A stretch of DNA of 64,000 nt from an uncultured virus (IMG/VR IMGVR_UViG_3300044631_002251) (taxonomy: Duplodnaviria; Heunggongvirae; Uroviricota; Caudoviricetes). A program made the position numbers and the translations under genes. Shown here piece after piece: positions 49,682-59,041 of the stretch (position 1 is the first letter of the stretch; each line of letters begins with the position of its first letter). The notes beneath the pieces are model-generated. The model worked only from the letters and a program-made list of their open reading frames with translations, was not told where the DNA came from and searched no databases. The stretch lies in the IMG/VR virus record IMGVR_UViG_3300044631_002251; one strand, 5' to 3'.

Positions 49682-50159
49682 GTATGGTTGTTATCTTGCC
49701 TTATCCGCAAGATCGCGCTCAGAAGATCCTCACACTCAAGTAGGCGTTGCCTTATTTGACGAAGAATGGAGAACCGTATCCACTGGCTTTAACGGCTTTG
49801 GCCCCGGTTTCATACCTAAAGAAAATATTTTTAAAGATCGTGAAACAAAATCTTGTTTAATTAATCATGCTGAAATAAATGCTATTTTATATGCGTCTCG
49901 TCAGCCATATTATGCTTGCATGGTTTTTAGTCCATGCGTTCATTGCGCCAAAACAATAGCTGCTTCTAAAATTAAAAGCGTATATTTTATTCAACAATAT
50001 ATAAAAGGCTCAGATCAACAGCCCGATTTAAAGTATGAAGAAATCTTTAAATTCTATGGAATAAACAACATTCAATTGAATAATAAGAGTATCGGAAAAA
50101 TCTTGCACTGGATTAAAAAAGACCAAGATTTTTTAGAAGCTCTATATGTTAAACCATAA
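49641..50159 (+). CDS. dCMP deaminase
   Basis: RSEDPHTQVG, GFNG, HAEINA, PCVHC motifs. Confidence 0.88.
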   Translation: MSFNPNNPRLSKPEYGCYLALSARSRSEDPHTQVGVALFDEEWRTVSTGFNGFGPGFIPKENIFKDRETKSCLINHAEINAILYASRQPYYACMVFSPCVHCAKTIAASKIKSVYFIQQYIKGSDQQPDLKYEEIFKFYGINNIQLNNKSIGKILHWIKKDQDFLEALYVKP

Positions 50160-50334
50160 AAAAATCATGGAAGATTCCGCTGCGTTTTTTAATCAAGAGG
50201 TTGATAAAGTTATTTATAAAGTAGTAAATGCAAAAAATGATAAAGAAAGAACTAAATATTTGAAACAATTGATGGCATTAAAAAATAGATTAACTCTTGA
50301 GGTGAAAATGATTGATGAGCTTGGAAATTTCTGA
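50146..50334 (+). CDS. Hypothetical protein
   Basis: Overlapping start with the deaminase. Confidence 0.5.
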   Translation: MLNHKKIMEDSAAFFNQEVDKVIYKVVNAKNDKERTKYLKQLMALKNRLTLEVKMIDELGNF

Positions 50335-50472
50335 AATCGCCTCTTGACAGTCTCAAAAAACCTGCTAAGGTGATCTCGCGTAAATAATTGCGAATATGAA
50401 AATTGAAATTAATGCTGTTATTATTGATAATATTCACTTCGTTCGTTTTATTTATACACCACAATAAAAAAT

Positions 50473-50796
50473 ATGAGTAATCCTACAGATAAGCAATCAG
50501 AATGGAAGAATCGTGAAGTTGGCGCACTTTGGAAGAAGGCCGCTGCCAATGGCAAGAGTTCATATTGCACTGGCTATATTGTTTCCGATGAACTTGGGAA
50601 TAAGGTTAAGCAGCGTGTAATCATGTTCTCTAACAAGACAAAGAGTAATGACAAGTCACCAGACTTTATTATTTATCTTTCGAATGAGCAAGAGAATGTT
50701 GATTCCGCTCCTGCGCCGAAGGCTAAGGCTTCTGCCCCTCCAAAGCGAGTGCCGCAACCAGCGGCTATCGAAGATGACGATGGCGTTCCAATCTGA
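50473..50796 (+). CDS. DUF736-like putative ssDNA-binding protein
   Basis: VGALWKK...SPDF; acidic tail EDDDGVPI. Confidence 0.6.
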   Translation: MSNPTDKQSEWKNREVGALWKKAAANGKSSYCTGYIVSDELGNKVKQRVIMFSNKTKSNDKSPDFIIYLSNEQENVDSAPAPKAKASAPPKRVPQPAAIEDDDGVPI

Positions 50797-50803
50797 ATGA
50801 GCG

Positions 50804-50829
50804 AAGCCCCCAGAAATGGGGGCTTTTTT
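50804..50829 (+). terminator. Intrinsic terminator
   Basis: aagccccca-gaaa-tgggggctt plus T tract. Confidence 0.9.
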
Positions 50830-50869
50830 GTGCCTTGACATCTTTCAAAAATCTGATATCGTGACCAAG

Positions 50870-51814
50870 ATGAAATATGGACTCGTTTGCATTTCGGAAC
50901 TCTTGCGGGACAAAAATCCCGAATTGGCGTTCAAGACTATGACTCGTACCCAATTCCTTAAAAAGAATCGTGACGAATCTATTGCTGAACTTTCTCGCCG
51001 CATCTCTCACAACCTTACGGTTACGATTGAAACTCTGAAACATTGTAAAGAAGTTGGCATCAAACACTATCGTTTGTCATGCAAACTATTTCCTTTGGTT
51101 ACCGATCCTACTCTTAAGATTCAAGTCGATCTGCTTCCTTATTGGAACATCATTGAACAAAAGTTGATGGAAGTCGGTCGAGTTTCGCGTGAACTAAATA
51201 TCACAATGTCGATTCATCCTGATCAGTTTGTGGTTCTTGGTTCTGACTCGGATGATGTTTGCAATAAATCTATTGCTGAATTGAATTTTCATGCTTGGGT
51301 GCTTGATCAAATGAAGATACCGCAATCGCATCTATGCCCAATTAATATTCATCCTAGTTTGTCCAACTTTGAATCTGCTCAGAAATTCGTAGATAAGTTT
51401 GTGCGTAATTTCTTTCGATGTGATATCGGTGTTCGCAATCGCCTCGTTGTCGAGAACGAAGACAAAGGATTTTGGAACTGTCTTAATCTTCATGATTATT
51501 TTCATAATTACATGAAACAAGTTTATGGTTTTTATTTTCCATTGACTTATGATAATCTACATGACACTGCTAATCCAAGTATTTTGTCAGATGGTTCTGT
51601 GATTCCATTCGAAAAGAACTTCATGAAATTTTTTCAGACTTGGGATGTTCCTCCAGTATTTCATTGGTCTGAAGCTGAAACTGGTACGAAGCGCAATCAT
51701 TCTAAGAATTTAACTGTTCCTCCTCCTGATATGGGATTAGATGTTACTTGGGAAATCGAAGTCAAAGGTAAAGACAAAGCTTTCGTGCATTTTATCAAGC
51801 GTTTTCCTAATTGA
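50870..51814 (+). CDS. uvsE: UV-damage endonuclease UvsE
   Basis: GLVC, YRLS, HPDQFVVL, VVENED, HWSE, IEVKGKD motifs. Confidence 0.9.
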   Translation: MKYGLVCISELLRDKNPELAFKTMTRTQFLKKNRDESIAELSRRISHNLTVTIETLKHCKEVGIKHYRLSCKLFPLVTDPTLKIQVDLLPYWNIIEQKLMEVGRVSRELNITMSIHPDQFVVLGSDSDDVCNKSIAELNFHAWVLDQMKIPQSHLCPINIHPSLSNFESAQKFVDKFVRNFFRCDIGVRNRLVVENEDKGFWNCLNLHDYFHNYMKQVYGFYFPLTYDNLHDTANPSILSDGSVIPFEKNFMKFFQTWDVPPVFHWSEAETGTKRNHSKNLTVPPPDMGLDVTWEIEVKGKDKAFVHFIKRFPN

Positions 51815-51844
51815 AAAAGTTATGCTCATATATATTATTAATAC

Positions 51845-52015
51845 ATGAAGCATGTAACAATTAAGATTGGGGACAAAGACATTGAAGTATTGAAAGATAT
51901 TTTCAAAAACGAGGCTGATTTCAAGCCTCAAGCTCAACAAGACTTGCTTATTATTGAGATCCTTAAGCAAGTTCTAAATAATCCTAAGAGCGAAATTACA
52001 GATATCGAACTATGA
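51845..52015 (+). CDS. 56-aa hypothetical protein (not in ORF track)
   Basis: MKHVTIKIGDKDIEVLKDIF...; ATGA overlap with next gene. Confidence 0.55.
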   Translation: MKHVTIKIGDKDIEVLKDIFKNEADFKPQAQQDLLIIEILKQVLNNPKSEITDIEL

Positions 52016-52311
52016 AGTTTATTCTCAACATAGATGGAACAAATACTGGCGGTAAGTTTTTGGAAAATTATGTTGGGCAAGAAGTGAATTTAGAATCTTT
52101 ATATAAAGATATCGATATCAATTCGCCGCCGCTTGCCATTCTTAAAACTGAAGACGGCAAACAACATAGCGTACAGTTAATAGACATAAGATTCATTAAT
52201 GAGTTTATTTTTATTAATTGTTTTGTTATTCAGCATGATGATAAACATGGCGGCAAAGCTTTACTGCGATTGAAGCCTATAGTTGATTTAGAGAAAGTAA
52301 TAAATCCATAA
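52012..52311 (+). CDS. Hypothetical protein
   Basis: ORF. Confidence 0.55.
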   Translation: MKFILNIDGTNTGGKFLENYVGQEVNLESLYKDIDINSPPLAILKTEDGKQHSVQLIDIRFINEFIFINCFVIQHDDKHGGKALLRLKPIVDLEKVINP

Positions 52312-52315
52312 TTTT

Positions 52316-52386
52316 GAGGGTATAGCTTAATGGTAAAGTCCGAGATTTCCACTCTCGTTATGAAGGTTCGATTCCATCTACCCTCT
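52316..52386 (+). tRNA. tRNA-Gly(TCC)
   Basis: GAGGGTA/TACCCTC acceptor, T73, CGAGA/TCTCG stem with loop TT-TCC-AC, TTCGATT; no encoded CCA. Confidence 0.8.
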
Positions 52387-52394
52387 CAAAATTC

Positions 52395-52679
52395 ATGATT
52401 CATAAATTTGCCGTATTAGTAGATAAAACTTTCTACAATAAAGTTCAGTATAATAATGATTTTTATTTGAGAGTTCTTGTTTTAGACGTAGTAAGAGCAT
52501 TAGTTCCTGATGAAGAGAGCGTGGATAAATACAGCAGTGATATATTTTATAAGTGCGCTAAAAGTATTGCTGGTGAAGTCAAAGTATTTGAAGACGAGAA
52601 CAGCGTCATTTTTTACCTTGAATTAAGTAGTGGATACCTTGATGATTTTTTTGAAAAACCCCTTGACGATTTCGAATGA
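52395..52679 (+). CDS. Hypothetical protein
   Basis: ORF. Confidence 0.55.
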   Translation: MIHKFAVLVDKTFYNKVQYNNDFYLRVLVLDVVRALVPDEESVDKYSSDIFYKCAKSIAGEVKVFEDENSVIFYLELSSGYLDDFFEKPLDDFE

Positions 52680-52698
52680 TCTGCCATAATCACCACGC

Positions 52699-54885
52699 AT
52701 GAAGATACTTGTTGCTGATCGGGTCGTTGCGACTTCGCACGATTTTCCCACTGTAAACTGCACGATTGACGCTGAAGACATGAGGTACATTTCCTCGCTT
52801 CTGCGAAACAATTATTCAAACACGATTCTTGCGACCATTCGTGAGACTTACGCCAATGCTGTCGATGCGAACTTGGAGAACGATTTTCCCGTCCAAGCTA
52901 TCGACATTAAATCGCCAACTACTTTTGATCAGACCTTTTTTGTTCGCGATTACGGAACTGGTTTGAGTCGCGATCAGATTTTTAATCTGTATAGTAAGTT
53001 TGGCAAGTCCACTAAGCGTGGCTCCGATCTTTCAATCGGCGGTTTCGGCATTGGTCGATTTGCTCCGCTTTCCTATAAAGATAGTTTTACCATTACTTCT
53101 TATCACGAAGGTATCAAGTCTATTTATAGTGTTTATATCTCAGAAGAGAATGACACTAAGATTGACGAGATATTTTGTGAGCCTACCTTGGAAGCAAATG
53201 GTATTTGTATTTCTGTAGGTGTTTCGAGCGGCGATATCAACAAGTTCAATCAGGAAATTTCTTCATTCTTTAGTAATTTTGAAGTTCAGCCTCACTTCTT
53301 GAATTTGCAAGTTGAAATTGCAAAGCCTGAGATTGTTGCTTCTGGTACTAATTGGCAGATTCGCAAATCTTTTAATGGTTATAATCATTATTCAGTTGGC
53401 GAACAGGGTATTGTAATGGGCGGCATTTATTATCCTATCAATCCTGAACTTGTTGATTTTAAGATTGGCGAGGATTACGCATGGACTAAGTATCTTAATA
53501 AGCTTGTTTTTATTGCTGATATTGGATCTGTTTCGCTGCATCACTCACGCGAAACACTTGAGTATAATAAGACTACCAAGTCTTATCTAAAGTCTCGTTA
53601 TCAAGCTTTCTGTAAAGAGTTTACGGATTCAATTAAGAATAAGATCGCGCAATTTGATTGTTTGCGTGATGCTATGTCTTACTATAAAGACATTAGCCAG
53701 ACGTTTCCCCGTAACGTTTTTGATCAACTTCAAAATCAATTTGTTTTCAAGGGCTATAAAATTATTACTTGGAATTTCAATCGTTCTAGTTACGAAGAGA
53801 ATGATGAAATGATCAGGATTCCTGTTTATGCTAAGAATTATTGCGTATCTGGTGATCGTGTAGCTGTTGCTAAATGTTATACTGTTGGCAATGATAAAGA
53901 TACTTATATTGTATTTCATGATTTGCCAGACAATACGAAGGTCGTTCCTCGCGTTTACGAATTAGTTAAAAAATATAAAAACGTAGTCGTTGTTGCTCAC
54001 GATCAATCAATCATTAGTTCCGCTACTCTTAATGGTGTTGACAAGTTTAAAGAGGTTAATCGATTTGATCTTGTCAAGTCTGGTTACTGTAATCTTAGTG
54101 AATTGACTCCAGTAAAGCTTCCTTCTACTAAAAAAGGTTCTACTAGTTCATATACTGCTAATTATTTTTATAAGGTTGAGAGTTGTTATTTTCGGTGTTC
54201 AAGTGTTTTTGCTAAAGAAATTAATGATAGTTCTATTACTAAGCTTTATTTTCCTGTTTCTAATGGCAAACCAGTTAATAACTATTTACATTTTCATCAG
54301 GAAAAGAATAAACTTAATAGCTACTTTTTTAGTGAAGTAGGTAAGCTATTTAATGTTGGTATTTATGCAGTATCAAATAATGTAGCCGCAACTGTTAAAT
54401 TTAAAAATCGCGCTGATTTCGTTGATATTATTAAGTATATCCAAGATAAATGGAATGCTTGTTCTGATGAAGTTAAGTCGTTGATTCTTGAATATATTTC
54501 TTGCAAGACTGATGGTGGGTATAATATTATGGATTTCGTTTCTATGATTGGAGACATTATCACTTATCAGCAATACGATTACAAGCTGAAATTTTGTTCA
54601 GAAAATCTTAAGAAAGCAGGTGCGCTTGAATTTGCAGATTTTATTAAAAAATGGCGGAATGCGTTAGAAATTCTTAAAATTAACATGTCTCACGACAATG
54701 AAACTCCAGTTTCTATCTGCGGAAAATATCTAAAACAAGCAACCGAAGAAATTTATAAAAATTATCCAATGCTTGAAATTCATGCCGACATGTACAATAG
54801 TGATCGCATCAAAAATGAAGTAAAATTTAAGGAATATATTTCCTTCATGAATCAACAGAATTCTGTTGACTTTTCAGAAATTTGA
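52699..54885 (+). CDS. rIIA: rIIA-like protein with GHKL ATPase domain
   Basis: IRETYANAVDA, VRDYGTGLS, STKR, GGFGIG, SRETLEY; precedes rIIB. Confidence 0.85.
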   Translation: MKILVADRVVATSHDFPTVNCTIDAEDMRYISSLLRNNYSNTILATIRETYANAVDANLENDFPVQAIDIKSPTTFDQTFFVRDYGTGLSRDQIFNLYSKFGKSTKRGSDLSIGGFGIGRFAPLSYKDSFTITSYHEGIKSIYSVYISEENDTKIDEIFCEPTLEANGICISVGVSSGDINKFNQEISSFFSNFEVQPHFLNLQVEIAKPEIVASGTNWQIRKSFNGYNHYSVGEQGIVMGGIYYPINPELVDFKIGEDYAWTKYLNKLVFIADIGSVSLHHSRETLEYNKTTKSYLKSRYQAFCKEFTDSIKNKIAQFDCLRDAMSYYKDISQTFPRNVFDQLQNQFVFKGYKIITWNFNRSSYEENDEMIRIPVYAKNYCVSGDRVAVAKCYTVGNDKDTYIVFHDLPDNTKVVPRVYELVKKYKNVVVVAHDQSIISSATLNGVDKFKEVNRFDLVKSGYCNLSELTPVKLPSTKKGSTSSYTANYFYKVESCYFRCSSVFAKEINDSSITKLYFPVSNGKPVNNYLHFHQEKNKLNSYFFSEVGKLFNVGIYAVSNNVAATVKFKNRADFVDIIKYIQDKWNACSDEVKSLILEYISCKTDGGYNIMDFVSMIGDIITYQQYDYKLKFCSENLKKAGALEFADFIKKWRNALEILKINMSHDNETPVSICGKYLKQATEEIYKNYPMLEIHADMYNSDRIKNEVKFKEYISFMNQQNSVDFSEI

Positions 54886-54922
54886 GTTAGCATAGTCGAA
54901 GAATAAAGGTGTAAAAAATATT

Positions 54923-56032
54923 ATGAACAAGCCAGCATATATTGTCACTAGCAATGCAATCACGGTTATTTGGGAAGGTAAGCCATACACGCTTAATACC
55001 GACAATCCCAATTATACTGGACTGAAAAATGCACTAATCAATGCAGAATACGATACTATTCCTCGTTTTCTGGATATTAAGAAGCAGATCGAAAACTTCT
55101 CTCATGGCAGCATTAAAGTTGTTTCTGAGAAGGTTTATTATGGCAACCATGAGTTGAAGGGTTTCGTAATTGACAAGCTTCTTGAGTTTTTGCGCTCAGG
55201 AGCTAAGGACGCTCAACCTATTCTCAATTTTATTGAGAAGCTTATGTTCAATCCTAGCAAGAACAGTGTCGATCAGTTGTACACTTTTCTTTCTTATAAG
55301 ACTTTGCCATTGACTGAGACTGGCAATGTTATTGGATATAAGGGTGTTGATGCTAATTATTATTCAAAGCGTGGTAATAAGGATACAATTGTTATTACTG
55401 GCACTGTAAATGAAAACGGCTGCATCTTGAACAAGATTGGCGAGACTGTTGAAGTGGCTCGCAATAGTGTTGATGATAACAAGGATAATCATTGTTCTCA
55501 TGGTTTGCATATCGGCAGCTATGATTATGCAAAGGATTGGGCTGCAAATGACGGTCATCTTATGATGGTTGAGTTTGATCCTTCCAATGCAGTTAGCGTA
55601 CCTACTGATTGCAACTTCCAGAAACTTCGCGTTTCTAAGTATAAGGTCATTGGCGAAGTTCCTTTCGAGCGTGTTAAGGAAACTGAAGCTCCGCTTAATG
55701 AGCCATATTACAATACTGATAAAGAAATCAGCGTTGATGATGACAGTGATGATTGTTTCGACGGTTGTGGTTGCAATATCAACGAAGGCTATGAATATAG
55801 TGATGCTACTATTCTTGCCATTAAGAATTACGTTGAGGGTCGCGTTGAAGGTGGAACACCTGCTACCCTCAAGTCCATTCAGTCCCGCCTAAAGGGAACG
55901 CATATCACTTGTCAAGAAATCAAGGATATTTGTTTGGATCTAGGATTTACCGTTCATGAAGATGACAACATTGCTTTGTCTAATAGTCTTGTAACTATTG
56001 TGACAATCAGTGAAAAGTCTGACGATCAGTAA
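54923..56032 (+). CDS. rIIB: rIIB-like protein
   Basis: NPSKNSVDQLYTFL, GYKGV, CSHGLHIG, VSVPTD, KLRVSKY motifs. Confidence 0.88.
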   Translation: MNKPAYIVTSNAITVIWEGKPYTLNTDNPNYTGLKNALINAEYDTIPRFLDIKKQIENFSHGSIKVVSEKVYYGNHELKGFVIDKLLEFLRSGAKDAQPILNFIEKLMFNPSKNSVDQLYTFLSYKTLPLTETGNVIGYKGVDANYYSKRGNKDTIVITGTVNENGCILNKIGETVEVARNSVDDNKDNHCSHGLHIGSYDYAKDWAANDGHLMMVEFDPSNAVSVPTDCNFQKLRVSKYKVIGEVPFERVKETEAPLNEPYYNTDKEISVDDDSDDCFDGCGCNINEGYEYSDATILAIKNYVEGRVEGGTPATLKSIQSRLKGTHITCQEIKDICLDLGFTVHEDDNIALSNSLVTIVTISEKSDDQ

Positions 56033-56041
56033 TATTATAAC

Positions 56042-56302
56042 ATGAGTGAAACAGCTACAGTTACAGAGCCAGTTGTCTTGTTGAATGCCATCACTAAGGC
56101 AACTCCAGAACAAGTTGACACATTGTGGTCAATTCTAAAGTATAAGGAGATTGGTATTTACCGAAAGATTAAGTGCATGAGTTCCGTTCTTGGGCTTAAT
56201 TTTGATAAGGTTGTCACTGATCTTCCGAAGGATGAAACAGGTCGAATTCTTGATCACAAGACTCGCCATCTAATTCACGACATTCTAATTAAGAATTCCT
56301 AA
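56042..56302 (+). CDS. Hypothetical protein
   Basis: ORF in the rII operon. Confidence 0.6.
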   Translation: MSETATVTEPVVLLNAITKATPEQVDTLWSILKYKEIGIYRKIKCMSSVLGLNFDKVVTDLPKDETGRILDHKTRHLIHDILIKNS

Positions 56303-56303
56303 A

Positions 56304-56501
56304 ATGAATAAACGATATATCGTTAGAGACAAGGATGGTACATATCAGTCAGCCTATAATCTTGCGCTAGGAAAAAAGCAAGCGTATGATTGGGCCATGC
56401 AATGTGCTAAGTCTGTAAATGGCATTATCTACTATGTAGATAGTGATCTTAGTAAGGAACAAGAAGTGTTCCGCGCTCCTGACAATTACCGTCGCGCTTA
56501 A
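56304..56501 (+). CDS. Hypothetical protein
   Basis: ORF followed by a hairpin and T tract (56514-56548). Confidence 0.55.
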   Translation: MNKRYIVRDKDGTYQSAYNLALGKKQAYDWAMQCAKSVNGIIYYVDSDLSKEQEVFRAPDNYRRA

Positions 56502-56548
56502 ATAAACAAGGTTTGCGGTCATCCTTAAAACCGCACTTTTTTTATTTT

Positions 56549-56755
56549 ATGGCACACTTTGTAAAATTGCATCAACTAGATTTGCATCACGATAATAGTA
56601 TGGCATATACGCCAATTCTTTTTAACATGGACACGGTTGTAAGTATTGAACCGAGTCCTAGTAAGAAGCATAGTATTATTATTACTCGTTGGAATAACAA
56701 TGGCATTAGAGTAAAAGAAACTCTTGATGATATTTTTAAATTAGCAAATCAATGA
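56549..56755 (+). CDS. FlbD-like small protein
   Basis: FVKL...PILFNMDTVVSIE...RVKETLDDI pattern. Confidence 0.5.
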   Translation: MAHFVKLHQLDLHHDNSMAYTPILFNMDTVVSIEPSPSKKHSIIITRWNNNGIRVKETLDDIFKLANQ

Positions 56756-56895
56756 ACTGCGATTACTGCGGCAAAAAAACCGCTTTCTTAGAAGATCTTA
56801 ATTATTGTTCTGTTTGTGTAGATTGCCTCGGAGAAATTGAAGAACAAGACGATAGCCCTTTCGATTTAAACCAAAACGATAGAAATCATGACTGA
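56752..56895 (+). CDS. Small zinc-finger-like protein (not in ORF track)
   Basis: MNCDYCGKK...CSVCVDC; overlaps both neighbours. Confidence 0.5.
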   Translation: MNCDYCGKKTAFLEDLNYCSVCVDCLGEIEEQDDSPFDLNQNDRNHD

Positions 56896-57259
56896 TAAAA
56901 ATACTGAAAAACTCGTTAATAGATTTCCCTCTATTTTTAAGGAGAATTTTTATTTTGAATGCGACGATGGATGGTTTGATATCATCTTTAATCTTTGCAA
57001 AGACGTACAACATGAAATTAATAATTCTGGTTGTGAACAAGTTGTCGCGATTCAAGTTAAAGAAAAGTTTGCAGGACTTCGATTTTATGTAAGCGGTGGA
57101 AACGAAGTGACCTCCGCTATGATTGATAAGTATGCAAAACTTACATCTGAAACTTGTGAAATGACTGGTGGTAAAGGTTATCTATGCGAAAAACATGGAT
57201 GGTATAAAACACTGTCTACACAATCTGCACTGCTTCTCGGTTTTAAAAAGTGTGAATAA
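56888..57259 (+). CDS. Hypothetical phage protein
   Basis: ECDDGW...QVKEKFAGLRFY...TCE motifs. Confidence 0.7.
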   Translation: MTDKNTEKLVNRFPSIFKENFYFECDDGWFDIIFNLCKDVQHEINNSGCEQVVAIQVKEKFAGLRFYVSGGNEVTSAMIDKYAKLTSETCEMTGGKGYLCEKHGWYKTLSTQSALLLGFKKCE

Positions 57260-57264
57260 AAAAC

Positions 57265-57290
57265 AAATCCTCCGTAACTGGAGGATTTTT
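57265..57290 (+). terminator. Intrinsic terminator
   Basis: aaatcctcc-gtaact-ggaggattt plus T tract. Confidence 0.75.
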
Positions 57291-57333
57291 CTTGATTTCG
57301 CCTCTTCGATGCTGTAAGTTGGTTTTGAAACGT

Positions 57334-58005
57334 ATGAAATTACTTGATTTATTTTGTTGCGCTGGTGGAGCGAGTATGGGTTATAGCCAAGCTGGATTTG
57401 AAGTAACAGGAGTTGATATTAAAGATCAACCAAGTTATCCTTTTAAATTCATTAAGGGAGATGTCATTGAAATCTTGAAAGATAAAGAATTTCTTAATTC
57501 TTTTGACGTTATTCATGCGTCACCTCCTTGTCAGGGATACAGCAACGCTACAAAGCCTGATTCAATTTACGTTCATTATTCTCAAGGCAAAGACACGCCG
57601 AAACTAATTGAGCCAGTTCGCAATGCATTAATTAATACTGGTAAATATTATATTATTGAAAACGTCGCTGGTGCGAAAGAATATCTAATTGAACCGTTTA
57701 GATTAACTGGTTATATGTTTAATATGCCAATTGAAAGAACACGATATTTTGAATGTAATTTTCCAGTTGCAGAATTAAAAAATATTACTAAACGTGGATA
57801 TTCTAAAAAATATGCAGAAGAGAATGGTATTGATTATCGCGACATGAGCGTTACCGGCAAGAGTCGCCGCAAAGGTTCTATTGACGTTTGGCGCAAGGTT
57901 ATGGATATGCCTTGGGCAGGTCGTGGTTGGGAGTTGACTGAAGCTATTCCACCTGCTTATACTAAATATATCGGTGAACAAATTTTAAAATATGAAAATA
58001 AATAA
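57334..58005 (+). CDS. C5-cytosine DNA methyltransferase (short, orphan)
   Basis: LDLFCCAGG, SPPCQ, IENV, EAIPPAY motifs. Confidence 0.85.
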   Translation: MKLLDLFCCAGGASMGYSQAGFEVTGVDIKDQPSYPFKFIKGDVIEILKDKEFLNSFDVIHASPPCQGYSNATKPDSIYVHYSQGKDTPKLIEPVRNALINTGKYYIIENVAGAKEYLIEPFRLTGYMFNMPIERTRYFECNFPVAELKNITKRGYSKKYAEENGIDYRDMSVTGKSRRKGSIDVWRKVMDMPWAGRGWELTEAIPPAYTKYIGEQILKYENK

Positions 58006-58543
58006 ATTACCATCTTTAGAATATCTTAAAGAGTGTTTTGTTTTAGAGGGTTCTTTGCCAAGTGGACTTAGATGGTCTGCTAATAGACCTCTTTCTCACT
58101 TTAAGAGCGAAGCCCTTTTCAAAAGATGGAAGACAAATAATTCAAATCAACCAGCAGGTTGTATTTTAGGTAATGGATATTATTATTCAAGACTTGATAA
58201 AAATAGATATGCAAATCATCGAATTGTATTTGCTATTTATAATAACAATGTAGATTTTCAAGATAAACAAATAGATCATATAGATGGCAACGTATTAAAT
58301 AATTCTCCTCAGAACTTAAGGCTTGTAACAGCATCTCAAAATCAATTCAATCGTAAAAAACAAAAAAATAATTCCAGCGGACATAAAAATATTTCTTTTG
58401 TTAAAAAATTAAATAAGTATCGCTGTGCTATGCAAATAAATGGTGAAGATATTTATATTGGCTTATTCAATACTGTAGAAGAGGCTATTGTAACAAGAGA
58501 TTTAAAATTTAAACAATTAGCTGGAGAATTTTATAAATCATGA
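57992..58543 (+). CDS. HNH homing endonuclease with AP2-like DNA-binding domain
   Basis: HRIV...IDHIDGNVLNN...NLR; NNSSG...YIGLF...EEA. Confidence 0.88.
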   Translation: MKINKLPSLEYLKECFVLEGSLPSGLRWSANRPLSHFKSEALFKRWKTNNSNQPAGCILGNGYYYSRLDKNRYANHRIVFAIYNNNVDFQDKQIDHIDGNVLNNSPQNLRLVTASQNQFNRKKQKNNSSGHKNISFVKKLNKYRCAMQINGEDIYIGLFNTVEEAIVTRDLKFKQLAGEFYKS

Positions 58544-58764
58544 AAGCAATCTTAGAATTCAATCTACCTGAAGATCAAAGAAAGTTCGAAATGGCTAATC
58601 AGGCTGGTGATATGGTAGCTGCTATTGGTCATTTTGAAGATAGACTGCGAAGCTATATAAAATACGGCCACGAATTTAAATCTGCAAATGAAGCTCTTGA
58701 ATCTATTCGCGCTCTTTTGCATGAAGAAATCAACCTTAGACGCATAAATATCCATGACTGCTGA
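58540..58764 (+). CDS. Hypothetical protein
   Basis: MKAILEFNLPED N-terminus. Confidence 0.65.
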   Translation: MKAILEFNLPEDQRKFEMANQAGDMVAAIGHFEDRLRSYIKYGHEFKSANEALESIRALLHEEINLRRINIHDC

Positions 58765-59041
58765 TATACAAACAGAAATAGTTAAACTCTCCGAAGAGTG
58801 GTATGAACTTATTAGCAGCAATCATCATAAAGATAAAGATTGCCATTGGTACATAGAAACTCGCTGGTCTTATGGCGAAAAACCTGAGTACAGAGTCTTT
58901 CATAATGGTTATGTTACTGATGATATAGAAATAGCTTGCGACTCTTATGAAACAGCTTTGACAGAATTGCGAACTATTCTTAAACGAGCAATCGAAAGAG
59001 AAAAAGAATTAGAGCAACTACCAAGTTCCAATGACTGGTAA
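58754..59041 (+). CDS. Hypothetical protein
   Basis: HHKDKDCHWYI motif. Confidence 0.6.
   Translation: MTADIQTEIVKLSEEWYELISSNHHKDKDCHWYIETRWSYGEKPEYRVFHNGYVTDDIEIACDSYETALTELRTILKRAIEREKELEQLPSSNDW

Noticed and set aside
49641..50159. TadA-like tRNA deaminase partnering tRNA-Ser(ACT)
   Set aside because: RSEDP..QVG and GFNG motifs are typical of dCMP deaminase
57334..58543. Restriction-modification pair
   Set aside because: The neighbouring nuclease has HNH-AP2 homing-endonuclease architecture; the methylase looks orphan
4434..58821. Many short nested or antisense ORFs in the track (e.g. 4434, 5898, 18553, 24971, 47496, 55569)
   Set aside because: Overlap well-supported genes and show no recognisable motifs
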